From Flavobacteriales bacterium (GTDB lineage Bacteria > Bacteroidota > Bacteroidia > Flavobacteriales > BACL11), in contig OZ238992.1 of assembly GCA_965183885.1 (NCBI GenBank), positions 699,159-763,158 of the forward strand: a DNA stretch of 64,000 nucleotides, written 5' to 3'. The notes under the pieces were generated by a model. The model saw only the letters and a list, made by a program, of their open reading frames with translations. It searched no databases and had not been told where the DNA came from. Of this stretch, positions 48,068 to 58,117 are shown piece after piece (the stretch's first letter is position 1; each line of letters opens with the position of its first letter). A program made the position numbers and the translations under genes.

Positions 48068-51000
48068 ATGAAAAAAATAATTTTTACATTACTTACGGTA
48101 TTTCTTTACAGCAGTACTTTTGCCCAAAACCCTGGAGATACTATTGTTGTTCAAACTTTTGACTATAGTATGACTTATGGAGATGGACCTTGGTCAAGCC
48201 ATGGAAATAGAGATACAGTTGCTCATTTTCCTAATGATCCTAATTTAACATTCGAAAAAATTATCCTTTCTTATAATATGAGATGTAAGGACAATGTAGT
48301 TAATAATGATGGTAGTGCAAATCATATTGGTTGTGGAGCTTGGGATTATTCTTGCAATACCTATATTCATGACTCTACTAGGGTTGATTCTTTACTTTCT
48401 TCACAACCTAGCCATAGTATTTCTGGCTTTAATGGAAATGCTTATGATTATACCACATCACCAGTATACAACTACTATCAATTTCAACAACAACTTACAA
48501 CACTAAATACTGTAATAAATGAAGACACTACAGTAGTTGGGAGTGGAAATGACTCACTTAATTTTGTTATTGCAACAGATCAAAAAGCACACAAATCACA
48601 ATTTTTATATAAAGCTGATGAATTATTAAGCTTAGGTTTAATCAATGATTCTATTGACGCCCTTTCATTAAATGTACTTAATAGCAACCAAACTGCTAAC
48701 TTTTTAAGTATAAAACTAAAACTTACTAATGATAGTGTCTTATCAAATACTAACCCACACACTACAGGTTTTACAGAGGTTTATAACGCCAATACTACAT
48801 TGACAAACGGACTTAATCGTTTTCAATTTACTACACCTTTTAACTGGGATTCAGCTTCAAATATAATTGTTGAATTTTCATTAACTAACTCAACTACAGG
48901 AATAACTACAATGATTGCTGGTGAGCAGCAAAGTAATACAATGGGTATTTTCTCTAATGATGCTAAACATGCAATCCTAAGTTCTGCTGAAAATGCTAAT
49001 ATCCCAGCTAATGCATTAAACAATATTTCTAATGAAATTACTATTTCATTTTGGGTTAATGGTAATGCAAATGTATTGCCACAAAACACTTCTATAATTG
49101 AAGCCTTTGATTCTCTAGGAAATAGAACTTTCAATATTCACTTTCCTTGGAATAATGGCAATATATACTGGGATTGTGGAAATGATTATACTTCTTCTTA
49201 CGACAGAATAGATAAAGCAGCATCACCTAGTGAATATACTAATAGTTGGAGTCACTGGACTTTTACAAAGAATAGTACTACTGGAAATATGAAAATTTAC
49301 AGAAATGGAGTATTATGGCATAGTGGAACTGGGAAGACAAGAGCTATGAGTGTTGATTTATTAATGCTTGGGAGCGCAGGAAATGGGACTTCTAATTTCT
49401 GGGACGGTGCTATCAAAGAACTTAGAGTATTTAATACTGAACTTCCAATAAATACTATTAATGATTGGATATATAAAAGAGTTAATAACACCCACCCTAA
49501 CTATACTAATTTAGTAGCTCATTATCCTTTAAATGAAGGAATAGGAAGTACTATTAATGATAATACTCCAAACCAACAAATAGCAACATTTAATGGAAAC
49601 CTTGGATGGAATTATACAAGAGGAAATAATATCAGCCAATTTTTTACTGAAACAACTTACCGCCCTAATATTAACTTCTACCAAGGAGACTATAGTTTAA
49701 CACTAACCACTAGTACTGTATCAGATTCTTTAATAGCAAGCCCTAATACTATTAATGCTTATGCTATTTCTCCTAACTATGGCACATTATTAAATGATGA
49801 TATTATTACTACTAGTACAAATACTTACTGGGAAGCAGTTAGTCATACTTATAACGGAAATGGGGTATTAATCTCATCTACACCTACTACTATTGATGGC
49901 ACTATAAGTATTACATCTCTTCCATACTATAAACGATTCCCTATGGCTTTCCAAATTATGTCATTTGTTACTCCTTATGGAGCAGGGCTTGATTTAGGTG
50001 TTGATGGTAAAACTTGGTATTTTGATTTAACTGATTTTGCTCCAATATTTAAAGGGAATAAAAGAATAACTATGGATGCTGGTGGACAATGGCAAGAAGA
50101 TATGGATATTAAATTCCTATTTATTGTTGGTACACCTCCAAGAGATGTACTTGAAATGCAACAAATATGGAAAGTTCAATCTAAAGGTTATTCTGATATT
50201 ATTGCTGATAATTCTTTTGAAGACAGAAATGTAACTCTTAATGCTAACGCAAGTGCTTATAAAGTAAGAACGGTTATTTCAGGACACGGACAAGAAGGAG
50301 AGTTTATCCCTCAAAATCATAGTATAAATATTGATGGAGGTACACCTGAGGATACTTGGCAAGTATGGACAGAATGTTCTGAAAACCCTATTTACCCACA
50401 AGGAGGAACTTGGATTTATGATAGAGCAGGATGGTGTCCAGGACAAGCCACTGATATTCAAGAAACAGATATTACTCCTTTTACTACTCCAGGACAAACA
50501 CATAATATTGATTATACAGTACTAAGTGGAAGTGGGACTTCAAATTATTGGGTATCATCACAATTAGTAAGTTATGGAGCTCCTAATTTTAGCCTTGATG
50601 CTGCTGTTGTTGATATATTATCTCCAACAAATAAAATAAACTATAAACGTACAAACCCTATTTGTTCAAGACCAGAGATTATTATTCAAAATACTGGAAG
50701 TACTGCGCTTACTTCTTTAACTATTGAATACTGGATTAATAATGCAGCTACAAAAGAAACTTATACTTGGAACGGAAACCTTAATTTTCTTGAAAAAGAA
50801 ACAATACAATTACCTGATCCTGCATCATTATGGAATGCTATGAGTATAACAAATAACACTTTCCACGTTGAAATTTCAGCTCCTAATAACGGTAGTGACT
50901 CTTATATTCATAATAACTATATTAGTTCTACTTTTGAGCCTGCACCTACCTACCCAAATACATTTGCATTATGGGTTCAGACAAATTCAGGAGTTACAAA

Positions 51001-51556
51001 TACCTTTACACAAGTATCTGAAACTTCTTGGGAATTTTTTAATAATCAAGGAGCTTCAATATTAGCTAGCGGAAACTTAATTTCTAACTCACAATATCGT
51101 GACACTTTAACTTTTAATGATGGATGTTATACTTTTAAAGTGACTGATACTGATGATGATGGAATTGATTTTTGGGCTAACAATGATGGTGGTGGTATGA
51201 TTAGATTTAGAGAGATTGGTGCTTCATGGATAAAAACATTTGAAGGTGACTTTGGAAGGTCTATCTACCACCAATTTAGAGCAGAAACTGTAAGTAGTAC
51301 TTTTAACCAAGATCAAATCAATTGGAATATTCATCCTAACCCAACAAAAAATGAAATTACAATAAATGGGTTAATTACTGAAGATACTAAAATTACTCTT
51401 GTCAATAACCTAGGAAAAACAGTTCAGGTGTTAGAGATTAATAAAACAGGCTTGCAAACTCAAATAATGAATTTAAGTAACTTAAGCAATGGTGTTTATT
51501 TTATCAAAATATCAAATGCTAAAGAATCAATTACTAAAAAGATTGTGAAAATTTAA
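48068..51556 (+). CDS. T9SS-secreted PNGase F-like protein with LamG-containing insertion and extra beta-sandwich domains
   Basis: I moved the start to ATG 48068 (MKKIIFTLLTVFLYSSTFAQ). PNGase F-like blocks are GDTIVVQTFD...GCGAWDY, FVTPYGAGLDLG...YFDLTDFAPIF...FIVGTPP, and ISGHGQEGEF...GGTWIYDRAGWCPG. The LamG-like block is ITISFWVNGNA...WSHWTFTK...IYRNGVLW...WDGAIKELRVFN. The type-A T9SS CTD is HPNPTKNEITI...GVYFIKISN...KKIVKI. Confidence 0.75.
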   Translation: MKKIIFTLLTVFLYSSTFAQNPGDTIVVQTFDYSMTYGDGPWSSHGNRDTVAHFPNDPNLTFEKIILSYNMRCKDNVVNNDGSANHIGCGAWDYSCNTYIHDSTRVDSLLSSQPSHSISGFNGNAYDYTTSPVYNYYQFQQQLTTLNTVINEDTTVVGSGNDSLNFVIATDQKAHKSQFLYKADELLSLGLINDSIDALSLNVLNSNQTANFLSIKLKLTNDSVLSNTNPHTTGFTEVYNANTTLTNGLNRFQFTTPFNWDSASNIIVEFSLTNSTTGITTMIAGEQQSNTMGIFSNDAKHAILSSAENANIPANALNNISNEITISFWVNGNANVLPQNTSIIEAFDSLGNRTFNIHFPWNNGNIYWDCGNDYTSSYDRIDKAASPSEYTNSWSHWTFTKNSTTGNMKIYRNGVLWHSGTGKTRAMSVDLLMLGSAGNGTSNFWDGAIKELRVFNTELPINTINDWIYKRVNNTHPNYTNLVAHYPLNEGIGSTINDNTPNQQIATFNGNLGWNYTRGNNISQFFTETTYRPNINFYQGDYSLTLTTSTVSDSLIASPNTINAYAISPNYGTLLNDDIITTSTNTYWEAVSHTYNGNGVLISSTPTTIDGTISITSLPYYKRFPMAFQIMSFVTPYGAGLDLGVDGKTWYFDLTDFAPIFKGNKRITMDAGGQWQEDMDIKFLFIVGTPPRDVLEMQQIWKVQSKGYSDIIADNSFEDRNVTLNANASAYKVRTVISGHGQEGEFIPQNHSINIDGGTPEDTWQVWTECSENPIYPQGGTWIYDRAGWCPGQATDIQETDITPFTTPGQTHNIDYTVLSGSGTSNYWVSSQLVSYGAPNFSLDAAVVDILSPTNKINYKRTNPICSRPEIIIQNTGSTALTSLTIEYWINNAATKETYTWNGNLNFLEKETIQLPDPASLWNAMSITNNTFHVEISAPNNGSDSYIHNNYISSTFEPAPTYPNTFALWVQTNSGVTNTFTQVSETSWEFFNNQGASILASGNLISNSQYRDTLTFNDGCYTFKVTDTDDDGIDFWANNDGGGMIRFREIGASWIKTFEGDFGRSIYHQFRAETVSSTFNQDQINWNIHPNPTKNEITINGLITEDTKITLVNNLGKTVQVLEINKTGLQTQIMNLSNLSNGVYFIKISNAKESITKKIVKI

Positions 51557-51558
51557 GA

Positions 51559-53472
51559 ATGCAATATTGCAATAGTTTAACCCAGTTTTCTCGTTTTAAA
51601 ACAAGAGTAGTAAAAGTTGGATCCCTAGCAATTGGAGGCAACAACCCTATTCGCATACAATCAATGACTACAACAGATACTATGGATACCATAGCAACTG
51701 TTGAAGAGTCAATACGAATGATAGAGGCAGGTTGTGAATTGATACGTATTACTGCTCCAAGTAAAAAAGAAGCTCATAATCTTCAGAACATAAAGGATGA
51801 ACTCCTAAAAAGAGGGTACAACACTCCCCTTGTGGCTGATATACACTACACTCCTAATGCTGCTGAAATTGCAGCAACTATAGTAGAGAAAGTGCGCATA
51901 AATCCTGGAAATTATGCCGATAAAAAGAAGTTTGAGGAGATTGAATATACTGATGCTACCTATAATGAAGAACTACTAAGAATAAAAGAGAAATTTACTC
52001 CTCTTGTATTACTATGCAAACAACATGGTACTGCTATGCGAATTGGGACAAATCATGGCTCCTTATCAGATAGAATTTTAAGTAGATACGGTGACACTCC
52101 AAAAGGAATGGTAGAATCAGCAATGGAGTTTCTTCGTATTTGTAGAGATGAAGATTTTCATGAGATTATACTTTCAATGAAAGCATCAAACACTAGAGTG
52201 ATGGTACAAGCCTATCGCTTATTAGTTGCTGAGATGATAAGAGAAGGTATGAATTACCCACTTCACCTAGGAGTTACAGAAGCTGGTGAAGGAGAAGATG
52301 GAAGAATAAAATCAGCTGTAGGAATTGGGACACTATTAGCAGATGGGTTAGGAGATACTATAAGAGTATCATTAACTGAAGCACCAGAATTTGAGATTCC
52401 TGTAGCAAAACAATTACTTACTCATTTTGATGGGCTTCAAGAACATGAAAGTATTAATGCTATAAATCAAAACCCCCTCCACTCTTTTGATTATGTAAAA
52501 AGACCAACTGAACAAGTAGTAAATATTGGAGGAAAAAGTGTTCCAGTAGTTATGGCTGATTTCTGTTTAAAAAAGAAAATTACTCCAGCATCCTTATTTG
52601 CTTTAGGTTATAATTATTCAGTTCCTTTAGATAAATGGCATATCTCAGATATGGCGGCAGACTATGTATTTGTTGGCAATCATGATATTGATTTTGAAGT
52701 CCCAGGAACATTAGGCGTAATTTACAACTATAAAAAGTGGCTCACACATAAAAAGGGCTATCCTTTTTTAAGTATAAATGATTACCTAGATTCTAATGAT
52801 ATATCAGAAAAATTAAATTTTATTTATTGCTGTATTAGTGAAGTTACTCAGGAACTAATAATACAACTGAAACAAGACACTACTGCTGTTTTATTAATTG
52901 ACAGCTACAATACCAATGCTACAGCTGAACAAAGAAGAATATTTATAGAGCTAATGAATGCTGATTGTAAGACTCCAGTAGTTATTGGAAGAGCTTACGG
53001 AGATTTGTCCGAAGAACAATTACAATTATCAGCAGCAGCAGATTTTGGGGCTTTACTGTTAGATGGTTTAGGGGATGGTATTTTTATTGCAGCCGAAAAT
53101 TGTGGACCTGATAAAAATATTAATACTCTTGCTTTTGGAATATTACAAGCTAGCCGTACTCGAATTTCTAAAACTGAATATATCTCTTGTCCATCCTGTG
53201 GAAGAACTCTCTTTGACCTTCAAGAAACTACTGCAAAAATCCGTAAAGAAACTGACCACCTTAAAGGAATTAAGATTGGAATAATGGGCTGCATTGTAAA
53301 CGGACCTGGAGAAATGGCAGATGCCGATTATGGTTATGTAGGTACAGGAAAAGGAAAAATTACTTTATATAAAGAACAAACAGTAGTAGCTAAAAATATT
53401 CCTGAACAAGAAGCTGTACACGAGCTTATTACACTTATTAAAAAACATGGAGACTGGGTAGAAAAGAAATAA
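51559..53472 (+). CDS. ispG: 4-hydroxy-3-methylbut-2-enyl diphosphate synthase, long form with inserted domain
   Basis: 637 aa. N-terminal TIM barrel (IRIQSMTTTDT, RINPGN), a ~250-aa insert, and a C-terminal Fe-S domain with SCPSCGRT...MGCIVNGPGE. Confidence 0.92.
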   Translation: MQYCNSLTQFSRFKTRVVKVGSLAIGGNNPIRIQSMTTTDTMDTIATVEESIRMIEAGCELIRITAPSKKEAHNLQNIKDELLKRGYNTPLVADIHYTPNAAEIAATIVEKVRINPGNYADKKKFEEIEYTDATYNEELLRIKEKFTPLVLLCKQHGTAMRIGTNHGSLSDRILSRYGDTPKGMVESAMEFLRICRDEDFHEIILSMKASNTRVMVQAYRLLVAEMIREGMNYPLHLGVTEAGEGEDGRIKSAVGIGTLLADGLGDTIRVSLTEAPEFEIPVAKQLLTHFDGLQEHESINAINQNPLHSFDYVKRPTEQVVNIGGKSVPVVMADFCLKKKITPASLFALGYNYSVPLDKWHISDMAADYVFVGNHDIDFEVPGTLGVIYNYKKWLTHKKGYPFLSINDYLDSNDISEKLNFIYCCISEVTQELIIQLKQDTTAVLLIDSYNTNATAEQRRIFIELMNADCKTPVVIGRAYGDLSEEQLQLSAAADFGALLLDGLGDGIFIAAENCGPDKNINTLAFGILQASRTRISKTEYISCPSCGRTLFDLQETTAKIRKETDHLKGIKIGIMGCIVNGPGEMADADYGYVGTGKGKITLYKEQTVVAKNIPEQEAVHELITLIKKHGDWVEKK

Positions 53473-53628
53473 TTAAAAGATTAAAACCAATCCTTTAACA
53501 CTATAAAACCAATATCTCCTAACTATTATCAATTCTAAATTTCATTAAAATTGATTAAAATATTTTAACTGTCACTCTAGAAAATATACATTTTAGTACT
53601 TTGCTTTACATAGTACTATATTTTTTTA

Positions 53629-53636
53629 TACATTTG
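53629..53636 (+). promoter_or_regulatory. -7 box (TAcaTTTG) for the ABC efflux operon
   Basis: TACATTTG lies 70 nt before the ATG at 53707. Confidence 0.45.
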
Positions 53637-53650
53637 CCGAGCAATACTTT

Positions 53651-53664
53651 CTTAATTAATTAAG
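53651..53664. promoter_or_regulatory. Perfect 14-nt palindrome CTTAATTAATTAAG in the predicted 5' leader
   Basis: Self-complementary sequence read directly, 15 nt downstream of the -7 box. Confidence 0.3.
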
Positions 53665-53706
53665 TCCCTTGCTAAAATAAAGCCAACTCATAAACGTTGA
53701 ATTTCA

Positions 53707-54399
53707 ATGATAGAAATTAAAAACTTACATAAGTCATACCAGATGGGAAAAAACTCCCTCCATGTATTAAAAGGAATTAATTTTAATGTGAAGGAAGGAG
53801 AATTAGTTGCCATCATGGGTTCTTCAGGGTCAGGAAAATCAACCCTACTTAATATTATTGGAATGCTCGATATTGCTGAAGGAGGTTCTTACACCCTAGA
53901 CAAAGTAGCTATTAAAAACCTAGATGAAACCAAAGCAGCAAAGTACCGAAATAAGTTTCTTGGGTTTATTTTTCAATCCTTTAATTTAATTAATTATAAA
54001 ACTGCTTTAGAGAACGTAGCTTTACCCCTGTACTATCAAGGAAAGAAAAGAACAGAACGGCAAGAAGAGGCGCTTAACTATTTAGCTAATGTAGGCTTAA
54101 AGGATTGGGCAACTCACCTTCCTAGCGAATTATCAGGAGGGCAAAAACAAAGAGTAGCTATTGCGCGTGCTTTAGTAAGCCAGCCAAAAGTATTATTAGC
54201 TGATGAACCAACAGGAGCCTTAGACTCTAAAACTTCTAACGAAGTAATGGCACTAATACAAGAAATTAATAATCAAGGAAAAACAATTTTAGTAGTAACC
54301 CATGAGGAAGAAATCGCAAATATGTGCAAGCGAGTAGTCCGTCTAAAAGATGGGGTTATTGTAGAAGATAAATTAGTAAATCAAATTAAAGCACTCTAA
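53707..54399 (+). CDS. ABC transporter ATP-binding protein (MacB/LolD type)
   Basis: 230 aa with Walker A GSSGSGKST, signature LSGGQKQRVAIARAL and Walker B LLADEPTGALD. Confidence 0.92.
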   Translation: MIEIKNLHKSYQMGKNSLHVLKGINFNVKEGELVAIMGSSGSGKSTLLNIIGMLDIAEGGSYTLDKVAIKNLDETKAAKYRNKFLGFIFQSFNLINYKTALENVALPLYYQGKKRTERQEEALNYLANVGLKDWATHLPSELSGGQKQRVAIARALVSQPKVLLADEPTGALDSKTSNEVMALIQEINNQGKTILVVTHEEEIANMCKRVVRLKDGVIVEDKLVNQIKAL

Positions 54400-55632
54400 A
54401 TGTTTAATAAGGATAGTTGGATAGAGATTTTTGATACTATAGCTAAAAACAAGCTACGTACTTTTTTGTCGGGCTTCACTGTAGCTTTAGGTATCTTTAT
54501 CTTTGTTATTCTTTTTGGTTTTGGAAATGGCTTAAGCAATACTTTTCAAAAATTCTTTAATGATGATAATGTTAATAGCATGTTTATTTATCCTGGCGTT
54601 ACAAGCGAGCCCTACAAAGGATATGAATCTGGAAGAAGAATCAAATTTGATAATGCTGACCTAAAAGCAATTGCTGATGAATTTGAGGAATACATACAAA
54701 GTATGAGTCCCCGAATTTATGACAATGCTTTAGTTAAATATAAAGACATTGCTAATAACTATTACATGAGAGCTGTAAGTCCCTCACATCAGTATAATGA
54801 AATGACAATTATAATGAACGGGAGGTTTATAAATGATAATGACATTAAGAATAAACAACGCTATGCTGTTATTGGTCGCTTAGTTGCTCAAGATCTTTTT
54901 AAAACAACAAACCCTATTGGGGAGTACTTAGATATAGGAGGACGTAGTTGGAGGATAATTGGAACCTTTCAAGATGATGGAGGGGATAGAGAAGAACGTA
55001 TGATTTATCTCCCTTATACTACACATCAAAAAATTCATAAAGGTAATGATGAAATTGATGAGATTGTTTTAAGCTATAACCCTGAAATTGGTTATGATGG
55101 TGCTCAAAAATTAGAAGGGGATCTTAAGAAGCTAATTAAAAGCCGAAAAGATATTGATCCTAGGGATAGCGGGGGTATTTATATAAGTAATGTAGCTGAT
55201 AATTTACAAGAAAGGCAACAATTTGCTAGTGTACTCCAGCTTATTATTACCTTTATTGGTATTGGAACTTTAATTGCTGGGATTATAGGAATCAGTAACA
55301 TTATGGTCTTTGTTGTTAAAGAGCGTACTAAAGAGTTAGGAATACGAAAAGCTATTGGAGCAAGCCCTAGAAGTATCATTGCAATGATATTACAAGAAGC
55401 TATTTTTATTACTACTTTCTCAGGATATTTTGGACTAATTATTGGTATTGTATGTCTAAACTTAGTTGGAGACACCTTAGAAAAAGACTACTTTATTACT
55501 AATCCTTATATTGATATGGGGACCGCTATTGGTGCCACTATTATACTTATTGTTTTTGGAGCTTTAGCAGGATATATCCCTGCAAGAAGAGCTGCAAAAA
55601 TAAAACCAATTATTGCCTTAAGAGACGCTTAA
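54400..55632 (+). CDS. ABC transporter permease, MacB-PCD + FtsX domain
   Basis: 410 aa with one N-terminal transmembrane segment, a large periplasmic domain and three C-terminal transmembrane segments carrying VKERTKELGIRKAIGA. Confidence 0.88.
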   Translation: MFNKDSWIEIFDTIAKNKLRTFLSGFTVALGIFIFVILFGFGNGLSNTFQKFFNDDNVNSMFIYPGVTSEPYKGYESGRRIKFDNADLKAIADEFEEYIQSMSPRIYDNALVKYKDIANNYYMRAVSPSHQYNEMTIIMNGRFINDNDIKNKQRYAVIGRLVAQDLFKTTNPIGEYLDIGGRSWRIIGTFQDDGGDREERMIYLPYTTHQKIHKGNDEIDEIVLSYNPEIGYDGAQKLEGDLKKLIKSRKDIDPRDSGGIYISNVADNLQERQQFASVLQLIITFIGIGTLIAGIIGISNIMVFVVKERTKELGIRKAIGASPRSIIAMILQEAIFITTFSGYFGLIIGIVCLNLVGDTLEKDYFITNPYIDMGTAIGATIILIVFGALAGYIPARRAAKIKPIIALRDA

Positions 55633-55633
55633 A

Positions 55634-56899
55634 ATGAAAACACTATTTGATAAAGATACTTGGCAAGAAATTTTTAGTTCTATTGAGCAAAATAAGATAC
55701 GTACTATTATTACTGTAATTGGAGTACTTTGGGGTATTTTCTTATATATTGTTCTTTCAGGTGCCGCTAAGGGAATTGACAATGGATTTGAGCGCCAATT
55801 CGAAAGAATATCATCCAATAGCTTATTCATTTGGGGAGAATACACTTCCGTTCCTTACAAAGGATTTAAAACAGATAAGAGAGTTCGCTTAAGATTAAGT
55901 AATGTAGAGGCACTAAAAAACAGAGTTCCTGAAATTCAACACATTGCACCAAGAATCTCAAGAGGAGTATTTGGAGGAGATAAAGCCAGAATAGTAAATG
56001 GACAAAAGAAAGGGAGCTATAATATCTATGGTGATTATCCCGTATACACAAAAATTGCAACAAAAACTATTTATGATAAAGGACGATTCATAAATGAATT
56101 AGATATTAAGCATAAACGAAAAGTATGTGTAATTGGAGAACGTACTCAAGAAGAACTATTTGAAAAAGGAGAAAGTCCTATTGGGAAATTTATAAGTATC
56201 AATAATATTTACTTTAAAGTAATTGGAGTACATAAGTTTGTTCCTGGAGGTGGTTTTGATAACGATGGAGATATTTACATCCCTTTTACTACTTTTCAAA
56301 AAATATACAATACTGGAGAATATCTTGGCTTTTTACTTGTAGCTGCTTATGCCAATGCTGATATTGTTAAAGTTGAAGAAAATATCCGAACAATACTTAA
56401 AGAATTACATCATATTAGCCCAGAAGATAAACGTGCAATTGGCGGATTTAACTTAGGTGAAATTTTCAAACAAATTACCAAATTTGCTTCAGGAATGACT
56501 TTCTTATCTATGATAATAGGACTAGCAACTATACTTGGAGGGATTATTGGGATAGGAAATATACTGCTTATATCAGTAAAAGAACGTACTAAAGAAATTG
56601 GAATAAGACGGGCTATTGGAGCAACCCCTAAAGAGATTAGAATACAAATTATCTTAGAATCTGTATTCTTAACAATTATCTCAGGAATTATAGGAATTAT
56701 ATTAGGTGCTTTGGTCCTATCAGGAATAAACATAGCAACAAAAGACATGACTGATTATCCTTTTACCAATCCTACTGTGCCTATCCCTTATATATTAGGA
56801 GCATTGTTATTAATGGTTATATTAGGAACTTTAATTGGTCTTATACCTGCACATAGAGCCATAAGTATTAAACCTATTGATGCACTAAGAGAAGAATAA
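55634..56899 (+). CDS. ABC transporter permease, MacB-PCD + FtsX domain (second, divergent paralog)
   Basis: 421 aa with the same topology and VKERTKEIGIRRAIGA. Confidence 0.88.
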   Translation: MKTLFDKDTWQEIFSSIEQNKIRTIITVIGVLWGIFLYIVLSGAAKGIDNGFERQFERISSNSLFIWGEYTSVPYKGFKTDKRVRLRLSNVEALKNRVPEIQHIAPRISRGVFGGDKARIVNGQKKGSYNIYGDYPVYTKIATKTIYDKGRFINELDIKHKRKVCVIGERTQEELFEKGESPIGKFISINNIYFKVIGVHKFVPGGGFDNDGDIYIPFTTFQKIYNTGEYLGFLLVAAYANADIVKVEENIRTILKELHHISPEDKRAIGGFNLGEIFKQITKFASGMTFLSMIIGLATILGGIIGIGNILLISVKERTKEIGIRRAIGATPKEIRIQIILESVFLTIISGIIGIILGALVLSGINIATKDMTDYPFTNPTVPIPYILGALLLMVILGTLIGLIPAHRAISIKPIDALREE

Positions 56900-56940
56900 T
56901 AAAACTAATAAACATTACAAATAACTCAACACTATAGATT

Positions 56941-58065
56941 ATGAAACTTAAAAAGAAAATTGGTATCGGAATTATATTTCTTGGAATTATATTTGCAACT
57001 GCCTTCTTTATTAAATCCAACAGCAAATCGTTAATAGAATACGAAACTACTACCCTTATTAAAGCTACTATTGAAAATAAGATAGTAGCAACAGGAAAAG
57101 TAATACCAAAAGATGAGGTTGAAATAAAACCACAGATTGCAGGTATTATTGAAAAGATACTAGTTAAAGAAGGAGAGCAAGTAAAGGCTGGTGATTTACT
57201 TGCCATTATTAAGGTTGTTCCTAACGAACAAAGCCTTAATAATGCTCAGGGTCGTGTAAAAAATGCTGAGTTTATCTTAACAAATTCAAAAACAGAATAT
57301 GAAAGAAATAAAACGCTATTCTCTAAAGGAATTATCTCCGAGCAAGAGTTCAACAGCATTGAACTTAAATATAACCAGTCAGTACAAGAACTAGAAAACT
57401 CAAAGAGTGATTTGCAAATTATTAAGCTAGGGTCAGCAGGAGGATCAAGTATTGCAAATACTAATATTAGAGCTACTGTTACAGGAACTGTTTTGGAAAT
57501 TCCAGTAAAAAAAGGAGACCAAGTAATACAAGCAAATACCTTTAATGCAGGAACAACTATTGCTACAATTGCTGATTTAAACATTATGATATTTGAAGGG
57601 AAAGTTGATGAAGCTGAAGTAAGTAAACTAGTACAAGATATGCCACTTACCATCACCCTAGCAGCTATTGAAAAAAAAGAATATGATGCAAAATTAAGAT
57701 TTATTGCTCCTAAAGGAACTGAAGAAGGAGGCGCAGTACAATTTAAAATTGAAGGTGAAGTTTATTTAGATGACGAGTATTTTGTAAGAGCAGGATACAG
57801 TGCAAATGCAGCTATTGTTACCGACCGAAGAGATAGCGTTATAGCTATTAGTGAAGCACTCTTACAATATGACCGAAAAACTAAAGAGCCTTATGTTGAG
57901 ATTGAAGTTGGAGATCAAGAGTTTGAAAAAAGAGAAGTTGAACTAGGGTTGTCAGATGGAATTAATGCTGAAATAATCTCAGGAATTACAGAAAAAGATA
58001 AAATAAAAGTTTGGAATAAAACAGAACCAGAAAAGAAAGGAGGAGTAAGTGTTGAAGTGCGCTAA
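56941..58065 (+). CDS. Periplasmic adaptor (membrane-fusion protein, HlyD/MacA family)
   Basis: 374 aa with an N-terminal transmembrane anchor, a lipoyl-like hairpin (VKEGEQVKAGDLLAII) and a coiled-coil. Confidence 0.88.
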   Translation: MKLKKKIGIGIIFLGIIFATAFFIKSNSKSLIEYETTTLIKATIENKIVATGKVIPKDEVEIKPQIAGIIEKILVKEGEQVKAGDLLAIIKVVPNEQSLNNAQGRVKNAEFILTNSKTEYERNKTLFSKGIISEQEFNSIELKYNQSVQELENSKSDLQIIKLGSAGGSSIANTNIRATVTGTVLEIPVKKGDQVIQANTFNAGTTIATIADLNIMIFEGKVDEAEVSKLVQDMPLTITLAAIEKKEYDAKLRFIAPKGTEEGGAVQFKIEGEVYLDDEYFVRAGYSANAAIVTDRRDSVIAISEALLQYDRKTKEPYVEIEVGDQEFEKREVELGLSDGINAEIISGITEKDKIKVWNKTEPEKKGGVSVEVR

Positions 58066-58117
58066 TCCAATAACTTAAGCTACTCCAAAAAACAAACTAT
58101 ATAACAAATTATATATT

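Noticed and set aside
56874-57656. Minus-strand ORFs of 110 and 136 aa (56874-57206 and 57246-57656). Similar 98-112-aa ORFs lie antisense to the permeases (55179-55475, 56410-56748).
   Set aside because: All are antisense to well-supported ABC and adaptor genes and have hydrophobic low-complexity translations. They are typical shadow ORFs in an AT-rich genome.
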